Origin: Bugula neritina
Lineage: Eukaryota; Animalia; Bryozoa
DNA: 64,000 bases
Assembly (NCBI GenBank): GCA_964035545.1
Contig: OZ037765.1
Location: 18,724,995-18,788,994, forward strand
Reading direction: 5' to 3'
Part shown: positions 1 through 11,356 of the stretch, piece by piece
Layout: every line of letters starts with the position of its first letter
Numbering within the stretch: position 1 is the stretch's first letter
The notes under the pieces: model-generated
Databases searched by the model: none
Told to the model about the DNA's origin: nothing
What the model saw: only the letters and a program-made list of their open reading frames with translations
Translations under genes and position numbers: made by a program

Positions 1-1480
1 GATAAATGCATGCAAATCGCATATTCTACAGCAAAGCACATTTTCTGAAGTTGCAATGTTTACACTTGCAGGTTTTACTCACATGTTGTGCTACAGTTTA
101 TCATCATTTACTAAATCTGACAGCTCAGCATTATGCTATACACTATATTCATGTATATACAAGAAAGGTATTTGATGCCTACAATATGCTGTTAGCAGCT
201 ACTAATTGCTTTCTCACTGGGCTGCCGTAATCAGATGCATTTACTGATTGCTAAACAGGGCATTGTGTGATGACTGGAACTGTCAACTGATGAAATACAC
301 TTGCTTGTTATCTTCTTGGATAAGATCAATATTTTCTTATTTATTGCAACACAGCTAGAGAGAAATGTCTTATTTGTACATTTTATTTGTTATAATACAT
401 CTTAAATCCCTTCATTCACTGGTAAAAGTAACATTTGACCCTAAATTATACATTATACAATATTATACAATATTTGGTGACGAGCTTTAAAATTACCATG
501 GCTAAACCTATCAAAAGATGGAACATGTCATTTAAATTAGTTTTTTCTTTTTGGGGTTGTTGTTTATTTTTGGAGTTATTTACAAGCAGCTTTTCTTGAT
601 GCTAATTTGTGTTATAACTGTAATTAAAAAATATATTCTAAATTCGTAAACATAAAACAATTCCAAACTAAACAAAAAGATACAAAATGGTCAAAAACAT
701 GTTAGAGCACAGAAGTTATGAAGTTTGCTGGTTTGTGCAAGTTGTCTATAATAGAAAATTTAACATTCACGTAACCCAAGTTCTAAATCAGGAGATGAAG
801 CAATAGTATTGTGATTGCACATGCGTTGTGTTAAATAAGTATTATAACTTCTCGAATAACTGCAAATGTTTGTAGATCAAGCAATACTCTGATCCTAATA
901 GAATGCTCCAATCAAGTTCAAGTGTAGCTTCATGCACTAATTTTGAATATCTAATTAAATTGTGACACTATAATAATAATCATTAATAAAGTAAATATAG
1001 TTTTTAAAATTTAAATACATAAAATTTATTTAACTAAGAACTGACATTGCCTTGCTTCCAGAGTTTTCTTTTTTTTACACACATTTGAAGCTGCATTAGT
1101 TGTTACACAACAGTGGCTTCCCATATCTTTGCACTAGTTTTCTGACTGCTTTAATAGTTATGAGGAATTAGAGATAGATAATAGACATATACTGTCAGAA
1201 GAAATTATTGTTACCAGCTGCTGCTAGAACATTGTGCTGTATTACATCATAAAACAGTGTTTTCTAGGTGTTGAAGTGGCTATTAGAAAGTACATAACAG
1301 CTCAAAACATGCTCATTGGATGCCTTCAATGATTGCAGTAGCTTAGGTTTCCAGCTTATTGAGCAGCAAATTTAGTTTACGAAGGAGCATATAGATAAAT
1401 TTTTGTATGCATGCTGTATCAGTATAATTTGTATGCTTGTAGAGCAATTAAAGCAGTTATCTTCTCTCTGTGTATTGTAG

Positions 1481-4069
1481 GTGGTGGTTGTCATATCCAT
1501 ATTATTCATCATCATGTCAACTATAGGCTTAACACTGAACACTCTGCCTGAACTGAAAGTAAAAAATCCAGAAACTAATCTTCTGGAGGATAACAAAGCG
1601 TTAGAATGGGTAGAGACCATCTGCATCTGTTGGTTCACTCTGGAATATATTCTACGGTTCTGGAGTTCTCCTAACAAATGGAAGTTCTTCAAGGGATTTC
1701 TGAATGTGATTGACCTGTTAGCCATCTTACCGTACTTCCTGTCACTTGGCTTGCAGCACACTCAAAACACAAAGAGCACAATGCAGTTTACAACAGTCCG
1801 CAAGGCGGTACAAATCTTCCGTATTCTTCGAGTATTACGAGTACTCAAGCTAGCTCGTCACTCCACGGGTCTCCAATCCTTAGGCTATACTTTACAAAGG
1901 AGTTATAAAGAGCTTGGGCTATTAATGATGTTCTTAGCGATAACGGTGTTGATATTTTCTAGTTTAGCCTACTTTGCAGAAAAAGATGAGCCAATTACTA
2001 AGTTCACAAGTATTCCTACAACCTTTTGGTGGGCAGTAATCACCATCACAACTGTAGGCTATGGGGACATTTACCCTACAAGTACATTTGGCAAGTTTGT
2101 GGGTGCATCTTGCTGCATCTGTGGGGTATTAGTCATTGCTTTACCCATTCCAATTATTGTTAACAACTTCGCCGAATTTTACAAAGACCAAAAGAGAAAA
2201 GAAAAAGCTCGAAAACACAATGAGATAATTAAACTGAAACGGCATAAGTTTAACCCAGTAGCTAGTGAGTACACTATGACAGGGGCTGTTCACCAAATGA
2301 AAGATGCAGTACTAAGTCAGTTTCCTCCCAAATTCAACTATTCCAACACATTCCACCAAATAAGCAACGAATTTGGTGTCCACAGCTCAGCACCTGTTAG
2401 CTACACACAGGTGATCACTCTATTTTACTTTGTTTGCACTTCTTAAAGAAATTTTTGAACGCAGACACTTGTTTTTATCCAGAGTTTCTGAATTATTATT
2501 AACTTATTTTTATTGTGATTGATAGATTTTATATGTTGCCTACATAAGCAGTAGGTTAAATTTTTCATATAAATATTATAATTACCTAATTCGTAAGCAG
2601 CGACTCCTTTAGGATTTGTCCCCTCATCAGTGAGGAAACAGAGGCAACTTGAACTACATCTTTGCAATGCCAGAAACGTTATTACTTAATTACAAAATTT
2701 TAAAAGCTAGTTTGTTGATGTATGTCAGAGTGGTAGATCCAATCTATGGGTTGCAAGTCTTCCATTATGCAAATAGCTTAAACTAGCCATAATATGGTGA
2801 AAGGTGGCAGTTGCAGAATATCCATTATGGTCTTACAACTTAATCTGTGGACAGCAACTAATTAGTAATTAGAGATTTGTTCTCTCATGTATTATATATT
2901 TCGAATTGATTATTAGACATCATACATTAGTTATTCTATGTAGTACCAGATATATTATAAATTATATATGTTATATATATATATATTACATATTATACCA
3001 TATTCAATTTGTCACTCAATTAGAATAGTCTAATTGAGTGACAAATAGAAAATTATATATGTACCCTATATAGTATGTTATATATAATATATGTCTGGTA
3101 TTACATATATTAAGTAATGCTTGTAACAGAGTTAGTAGATGGTCATTATATAACCCAAAATATTATAATTTGCTGCTAGAAAGAGGATTCAGAGGTTGAC
3201 ATGCGGCAAACAAGCATAAAAGAGTCCAATGGAGATATTTCAAAACAAAAAGCAACTTTGAGTAAAGTTGAAAGCTGTGGCGAGGGTTAGTATCTTTTAA
3301 AAAGAGAATAATGCATGAGTTAGATAGGCAGCAGTTTTAAACCAGCTGCTGTGTGTTGTCAAGTATATATAAAAATTTCAAGCTGATTCCAACTTTATGC
3401 AATGGTTCAAAACTGTAATTGTGATAATAGATATTCTTTCTATTATATTTACTATGTTTTAAATAGCTCTTTTATAGATAATTTGAAATAATATTTAAAA
3501 CAAAAATTAAACTTTTGTTAAAAATTATCATGAAAACAAATGATCATAACATCTAATGAAAGATACTGCATTTTGCTAATATCTCAGTGTTGCAACACAT
3601 TTGAAGGATTTTTCAGCTACCTGACAAACATTTTTTGTAATATATTTCAGCTATACTTCAAATTATATTTGTCATAGCTATAGAATGACATCTATAACTT
3701 ATATAACTGATATTTGAAAATAGACTATAGTTTTCAGTGAGCTTACATCACAGAGAGGGGGCGGCTGGCTTTGGAATTGTTCAAGTTATCAACTAAAGCT
3801 CTGTTTATAGTAAAATAATAATATATTAAGAAATATAAAATGTAGAAAATAAATGAGAAAAATAAATTTTTTCTCACCTATTCTCATCTTCTTCGCTTTG
3901 TCCTGTTCAGGTAGCGGAAGGAGAAAATTAAATGCTATATATTATATATTATATCTACTAAGCTTACCAATATTGTATTGTTTTTTGAGATTATTGAGAA
4001 GTTATCTCACCAATGATTCTGTTTACAGATGAAGAGAAAGTTGGATTTATTCAGACTACTGAAACGTAA
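1481..4069 (+). CDS. Shab: Voltage-gated K+ channel, Shab/Kv2 family, 3' part. Exons 1481-2410, 3180-3285, 4029-4069; the N-terminal/T1 exons lie upstream of the window.
   Basis: The exon after the tgtag acceptor encodes S1-S6, including S4 ([15 protein letters not shown]), the TVGYGD filter, and the Kv2-typical [22 protein letters not shown] and [13 protein letters not shown]. Phase-compatible GT-AG joins (2411, 3180, 3286, 4029) lead to ...IQTTET-TAA. The last two small exons are less certain. Confidence 0.93.
2938..3105. mobile_element. Palindromic fold-back/MITE-like element in a Kv2 intron
   Basis: Central inverted repeat TTTGTCACTCAATTAGA / TCTAATTGAGTGACAAA (~3008-3046), with outer arms ATGTAGTACCAGATATATTATA / TATAATATATGTCTGGTATTACAT. 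Confidence 0.6.
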
Positions 4070-6204
4070 CAAGAAATTCAGAGAGTTTGAGAAGGACTAA
4101 AAATTCACACCCACCTTGCAGAGAGTTAACAATATTATATACAAGACCAAAGTAAAGTGATGTCATATTTATTTTCTCTAACAAAATAATTAGCAAATAT
4201 TATGTAATTCAATTGTTAAATATGACTATTACTAATAATAACATAAACTATATTTCTATCTTTCAAAGCAACAATTTTTATTTTATTTGAGTTTATTGAA
4301 TGATCACGAAGGAACTTTTTTGTAACATGTATTTAAAAATAATTCCAAATCTGTTGTATTAATTTTTCAACTGCATGCACAATGGTTTGATGTATTGTGT
4401 AAATTGTACTATTAACTTATTGCATAAAATGCTTAGAGATACACTGTATAAAGAGTGCACTGGTAATTATTTATTGTAAATACTTTATTTTGATCTCACC
4501 ATAATATGTTATGTAATCAAAGATGTATCTATATATACTGCTATACATTTGGCTTGCTGGCCACCACAAAAGGCTAAGTACTGTAACTGTTATTGTATTA
4601 AATTTCCTAGCAGCACATTTGGTTTATTTCAAAATTTTATCGATCCCTCAAATATAATCTTCCACCAATTTTGTGTATTATATTAATAATTAGTGTGAAT
4701 AGGGTTGTTATTTTAGTACCTACACAGAAAGTTTTTTATTCCTTAGTGCAAGACTTGTGCATTCTAACAAAATACTTTGCTACATCATATAAGTTGACAA
4801 ATGAAGGCTATATAATAGCCTTAAACTCTTACAATATACTCAAAGAATGATTTGTAACACAGTGTGTATGGCAGAGAACTGCTTGTATATATTATTATAT
4901 CAACTGTTCAAATATGCTCTCTACATAGTTTTTTTCAATTTGAATATAAGCTTTATATTTAAAAAAAAATTAAAATACTTTTGGCTTCGTGTTGTTTATT
5001 ATAATGCTTATATTATGAATTTTCAATTATTTTGCAGAATAGCTTTGTAATAACTATGTTCTTTACTGGGAGCTACATTTGTTCAAGATTGCATATATAT
5101 TATCACCAATTACTGAGAATTTTTAAGACTACAGACTAAATTAGAACTATATCCATTAAAGGCAACTTATTAAACTCACTTAGCTGCTCATCCTGGATAT
5201 AAATTTTATATTCTGTGAATATAAATAAGAGTTGTCTTCCCATAAAGTGTTGCTCATTGGCAACTTTCAGATCGACTCGGCTTTCGTGTCATAATATATA
5301 CACAGCAGTAATTAACAGGTGGGACACTATATTATAGTTAATCATGTCACAGCATAAAAGCCATGACAGACTCAACATATTGCATTATATTACATATTAC
5401 AACACACTACCACTTTTTATGAGGGCGTTTTATTTTTGTGCTAATCATACAAAGTATTATGAATTGTAAACAGAACTTATAGTACTACGCAATCTCAGGC
5501 ATAATTATTGCACAACTTGTTGATTAGTAGCTTTTTAAAAACTCAAATCAAAGTTATTACCTCCCAAAAATATTCCTATTGTTTAAATGCAGTAAACAAA
5601 AACTGTCCACTTCACTAGGTTATGGTTGAGAATAGAGCAGTAAGCTGTACTATATTTAAGAGAACTCATCAGTAGTGCACTGCTTTATTTTCCTATATTG
5701 TCATATATACTAAGAGAGTCAAGTGTTAGAGATATGTAGCTTAGTTCTCCTCTCTTTTACTTCTGCTCTGTTTGGGACATGGCAGGAATCAGAAATTACC
5801 AGCCCAAACTCTGTCTCAAATCTGGCAGTGCATGTGGCTAGCAATGCTTTCAACATTATCATTTGACTTGGCAAATTCAGGATTTTAAATCACATATACT
5901 CAGCTAAGCTCTTTCTAGTCACCCTTGCTCTAATAGAGATCTTGTATTATAGCTAATACAAATTGATGTTTGTCTAGTTCAAACTCTGTCATGGTTTCGA
6001 ATAAAAAAATTATCAGTAAAATTTGAAAAAGTGTAATGTCTTTTAATTAGAGATTGCAAAAACTAGAATAGGCTACAGGTGTATATTCTATTTCAGTTGA
6101 ACAATGTATATAGTAGCTATAGTGTAAAGAAAGATGTTTTCACACTTGTTACCAAATGCAAAGAAAAACTCTCATTTTTAAGCATGTCTGGCAAACAAAG
6201 TTAA

Positions 6205-6495
6205 ATCAATTCTGCTACAACTATTATGAAAACGATGTAACTTAATTTTTGGTTAGAGACAACTTTCATTACAATTTAGGAAATATAAAAAGAGAGAAGA
6301 CAAATCCCAGTATATCATGGTGATGAGGAATTACAACTTTCTTACACATATCAATTTTGCTACAACTATTTTGAAAACGATGTAACTTAATTTTTGGTTA
6401 GAGACAACTTTCATTACAATTTAGGAAATATAAAAAGAGAGAAGACAAATCCCAGTATATCATGGTGATGAGGAATTACAACTTTCTTACACATA
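6205..6495. repeat. Head-to-tail tandem duplication, ~145-bp unit x2
   Basis: ATCAATT(C/T)TGCTACAACTATT...CTTACACATA occurs at 6205 and again at 6350, nearly identical. Confidence 0.9.
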
Positions 6496-8279
6496 TATAC
6501 TTTTGCACTAGCTTATACTGTATTACAGTCCTACATAATAGCTATAATACATATGAAATAGCATCATTTCCTACTTTTAGTATTAGCTCAACATAGTAAT
6601 GACTTCATGCAGAGGGTGTGGACGACCAAAACAGTGGTGGATTCACACAATCATGCAAAGCCGGCCTATGCTGCCTAAATCTAAACCGAGTGTTTGGGCA
6701 AATTTTTTTTAAAACTGGGAGTTAGGCAAAAACTTCAATCAGGATCTTTGAAAGGTAAACAAAGGTGAACATAGTATGAAGACTTTAAATTTAGCAGTGG
6801 TTAAGGTTATGAGCTTTATACTTTTCATCATAAATTTGAAACTATAAAAGTCTTATGAAAACCTACAAAATTCTTGCGAATTCAAAGATAATTAAATATC
6901 AATTTGTAAACTTTTTAGACATTATAGAATTAAGAGTGAAAATTATGGGTTCACCCTAATGTAGTGCCATATATTAAATTACTTTAAAAATTGATGGTTT
7001 TGTGCTTTAAGACAACATAATGCAGTTGCATTAAGACATCCTGTAAATATTGACAGCTAAAATTGAAGAAGCTCATTATAGCACAAATTAATACACAAAT
7101 ATATAATTATGAACTATCTTTGAATAAGAAATTGTTGTGCTTGCTTTTTTTGACTTCTTTTAAATGATTGTACTCCGTGAAAAATGATTTTTGAGTAATC
7201 TATTGACATTGTGCGGAATGGGAGTTTTCGTTATCTTTTCAGATAAGCAGAGTCTGATAAAAAGAGTAGCTTGCAACATGCTTGTGTTGAATACTTGGAG
7301 TTGAAACTTCTAATTTTGTTTCAATTTACAACTATCAGAATCTTAGTAAGTCTTTAAAACAATGATTTGATTAGCACTAAAATTTAAATCTAACTGCAAG
7401 GTTAAAGCTTCAAACAGCAGTCAGTAGATACTGATAAAAAGCAAAGAAAGTTGTTTATCTAAGGAGTAACCCAGTTAAACTCTGACCAAAAAGCAAAAAC
7501 CAAGAAACCTCACCAAATTAGCACGACAAAAATTAAACATCTTTGTACATAATACATATATAATGCATGTTCTTACTGTTTAACATAAAAGAAGACTTTT
7601 AATTTTATTGTTGATTTAATTTAACAAGATGGCAGGGATATTTTATAGGTAACTGCAACTTTTAAAATATAGTCATCACATGAATGTGAGCAAAAAAACT
7701 ATCTGAATAAGTCTAGTTTTAGCTAAATATCTTATAAGGTATTGTACCCAATGCTAACATGATAAATTTATTTGCAGTAAACTATGTAGCTTCACCTGGT
7801 TGCCCAGTAATGGGGACATGACATTTTAATTAGGTTTGAAGTCACAACAAACTATATGCAATACTAGCAGGAGCATAGCAACTATCAAGGTACATAGTAC
7901 TAATATAATATATTCTTCTATAGTGTGTGCTATTCTATTTGAAAAGGAATATATTATGAGGTGATAGATTTAGTAATAAACTGGGTTATGCAATTGCCTT
8001 CTTTGCCTTTGCCTGCACCGAGAAAGATATTTTAAGGTGATAAAAGTGATTGATCACCTTTCCATGACTAAGATAGTTGACTAAGCAGTGATGCTAGCCT
8101 GTATAGACTGGTCATGCTTTTATCTAAGTACGTGTAACATTTTCTTGCTGTAAGATATGCTAGGCTAGATAAGGCAGCATGTGTTATTAAAACCTTCTTA
8201 TTAGTCTATTCAGCATAATTGTGTCTAGTGTATAAGAGGCAATGATATACACTAGTTGGCTGCAGGATAATCAGCTAGC

Positions 8280-8660
8280 AGACCACAGGTGCGAGGTAGA
8301 CTGCGTGGCGCTGAGCGATACTACACAGATATCATCATTATACGCTTAGCGAACCACATGTCTGTTAAACTTATATTCTTTAATCCGCGTAAGTAGAAGT
8401 TACTACTATACTAAATACCGATAAACGCGCTAACCTTGCGGATTGGCTACCAAGTCACGTGGTATAAATAACTACACGTGATAATAACACATGTAGCCGA
8501 GCAATGCAAATGCAGGTGTGCCGTAGACAGCGAGGCGCCCAGTGTGCGATGTGTAGGCAATGAATGCTACATCTACATTATATCAAACTGATTCAGCAGT
8601 TGGTGTCAGACTCAAAATATCCCAGCCTCTCATAGTCAGGTGTTGAAATAGTGAAAAGCA
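8280..8660. promoter_or_regulatory. Candidate Id/emc distal enhancer: BMP-responsive Smad composite sites plus an E-box cluster
   Basis: AGAC-N5-GGCGCC at 8525-8539 (reverse complement of GGCGCC-N5-GTCT) and a near match AGAC-N5-GGCGCT at 8298-8312. Several CAGGTG/CACGTG/CACATG/CAGATG boxes lie in a locally CpG-rich patch. Confidence 0.6.
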
Positions 8661-9534
8661 GATGTTCCGACGCCAGTGCTCGCCTAGTTTGGAGAGGTAG
8701 TTTCATCTAGTGTGCCAAATGTCAAGGAATTCCTGCTGCTGAGATACACTTTCATTTACAGGCAGATATTTCATTCTCAAGTAATATTGCAGCTGTTTAA
8801 AATGGAATAATAACATTTATGGCCATATAATTATTACCCCCTCAATCTCCCCATAAAGTTCTCTACAGCTGCTAAGAATATTATTCTGACTGCATTTTAT
8901 ACTTATGATCAAGTTCAATGTACAGATGGAAATGTCAGTAGCAGGCCATCTATTTCTAAAGCCAAGTATGGTAATGTTAGTAAAAATCTAATGATGTTGC
9001 CTTCCCAAGAAGTTCACAAAAATAGAAATTTTTTTGAATACATAATGGGGCATAACTTACGCTAGTAATAGTGAAGTTCATTACGTTGTAAGACATTTTT
9101 CTGAACAGTGTTACTAACATAAAGCAACATCGAGATACTGAATTGAACCTTTTACTGTAAATTGGAAATTTGGTAAATTGATGCTTTTCTTCATTTGAAA
9201 TAATTTGACTGCTTGATACAATAAAATTTCATTTGGAAAGAGAATAATTTTATTATGAATATAGGTCTTTTGTCAGTATTTTTACATTTAAAAAATAGGA
9301 AGCAAAATCCTATACATTTTCCGTAATTTTATCCTGTGTTGTGGTTAGCACTGTCTGTAATAAAGATTCTTCCGGTAAGGAATATGGTAACACGAAGGCT
9401 AATATCCATACTTTTATAGTTTTATGTTCAGGTTAAAAATTCTTGCAATCAATTTTTTTAAAATGAAATTTTCAATAATATAGATAGCTCCTGCTGTTTG
9501 GTATCAAAGCTGCCAAGGTAGCATACAATAGGAT

Positions 9535-9568
9535 CTCTCTCTCTCTCTGTCTCCCTCTCTCTCTCTGT
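9535..9568. repeat. (CT)n microsatellite
   Basis: Directly visible CT run. Confidence 0.85.
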
Positions 9569-10185
9569 CATGTTACCTTAAACAGACAGCGTAGGTTTAG
9601 TATGGTATTGAAAAGACTAATTAGTAAAAACATAGCAGAAAAATATGGGGCCTGCTTATGATGATTAGAAATATTAGAATAATCAACCATTTATTATTCA
9701 GGCACTTCAAGATTTAGAGGGTGGCAAAAGCCATGATGCTACAGTTGAAATTCATTAGTTTTTTGTTTCCTAAAAGTAATCAGACATTTTTCTCACAGGT
9801 GTGTGAAGTATTAGAGCAAGTTGAGACGAAACAGTGGCGCCAGCAGAGATTGTCTAAATCAATCTCTGCTACCCATTATTATATTTACTTATTTGGTTAA
9901 GAATTTGTAATTGATAATTGACACATGAGCAATCCGCAAGTGTATAAAATTATACTAGCCGCTACCTGCCTGGCGCCAACATTTTTTTGAGCAGTCTGAG
10001 CAAATGTACCAACAATATTTCCTTTTATCTCATTAACCACTCAAAATATTACTCTTATAATAATTATTATATATTCTCAGATTTGCATAGGGCTCAAGTG
10101 TTTTGGGAAGGAGCATTACTCATGATTGACATCCTATCGCTATAGCAGCCGACAGTTCGGAGTCTACCAACTGTTTGACTATTTG

Positions 10186-10581
10186 TGACGTCACGTGGTA
10201 TACAGCAATACTAGGCGCCGGCTAGACTGCCCAGCTGCAGTGCATGATTGAAATGACAGTGCCAATGTCAAATACGCCCCACCCTCTGAAACATTTCTTA
10301 GACTGAGTTTTGAAAATAGTGGAAAAAACGCAGCTTAAAAGTTGAAACATCTGTGAAATAATCTTTGAGAGGATTTTTGTCTCCAATGTTACACAAATAG
10401 TAAGCCTTTTGTTGTAAAGTCAAATGTCTATAGCTGAACCCAGGTGGGGAAACCCTTTGCACTCATAGAGTTTTATAACTACGATACACTTGATAGCCCT
10501 AATCTATTCCACTGCATTCCAGCGATTGTTTTGTTGGTTAATGTGGGCGGTGCTTATTTAGAGCAACTGCATGTATATAAA
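10186..10581 (+). promoter_or_regulatory. Id/emc promoter: CRE/E-box, GGCGCC, GC box and TATA box
   Basis: TGACGTCA overlapping CACGTG (10186-10197), GGCGCC (10214-10219), GTGGGCGG (~10543) and TATATAAA (10574-10581), about 100 bp upstream of the ATG. Confidence 0.65.
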
Positions 10582-10683
10582 GGCACGCAGCGTTTCACCT
10601 CCACATTGCATCGGCATACTTCGCTTAGAGAAACAAACTCTACTATTCTTTTTCACATAAACATACTTCAACTAAATCTCATC

Positions 10684-11356
10684 ATGAAGGCTACATATTT
10701 TGTAACAGCTCCATCAGCCAGATCAATTGATTTGAGCCGTGTACACCGAGAAAGTGGTAAAGTTAGAAAATCTACACACCACGACGCTAAAATGCAAGAA
10801 GCAGAACTTTACTTCAAACTCAAAGAGCTAGTGCCTACTTGTTCAGAAACCGATCAGCTGAGCAAAACACAACTTCTGCAAAATGTTATTGACTATATAT
10901 TTGATTTGGAAGACACCTTAGAGCTAAACATCACTCGAGATGACCAAATTTCCGAGTCTAAATCTCCATTTTCAGCAGTTCTTCCTCTTTCAGAGAGCTT
11001 TACTTACAACAATCAAACACATGAGGTAAGCATCGTCATCAGTGTAAATTTTTATATTTCACTTTGGCATGTACTGAGAGAATTTCAGTTTTTTTGGTGT
11101 TGGTCTAGTCCTTTATATACTTGCCAATTTATGGCCAAGTGATGTGCCTAAAGCTAACTGAAACTATTCATAATCATTTCATAAGTTTAACTAAAGTCTC
11201 TACCAACTTTTATTTTATAAGCTTGAAAGTTTCTTCTTAATTTGAGATGAAATACTTGCTAATTTTCTGAACTTTTTACTTGAATATAACGAATGCTTAT
11301 CAAACTGTTTTATCTTTTAGCAAATGGATGTTAAGGATGGCTTGAGAAAGGTGTGA
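10684..11356 (+). CDS. emc: Inhibitor of DNA binding / extramacrochaetae-type HLH protein without a basic region. Exons 10684-11025, 11321-11356; ~125 aa.
   Basis: MKA- start typical of Id/emc; HLH LYFKLKELVP...LSKTQLLQNVIDYIFDLEDTL; GAG|GTAAG donor and TTTTAG| acceptor in phase 0 to QMDVKDGLRKV-TGA; AATAAA at 11814-11819. Confidence 0.9.

Noticed and set aside
1372-1761. 129-aa antisense ORF over the Kv2 exon
   Set aside because: It is a shadow of the coding strand with no recognisable features.
10444-10683. GTG-initiated N-terminal extension of the Id/emc ORF, and its read-through to 11142
   Set aside because: The extension spans the TATA box and 5'UTR. The family-typical start is MKA at 10684, and a strong donor at 11026 ends the exon.
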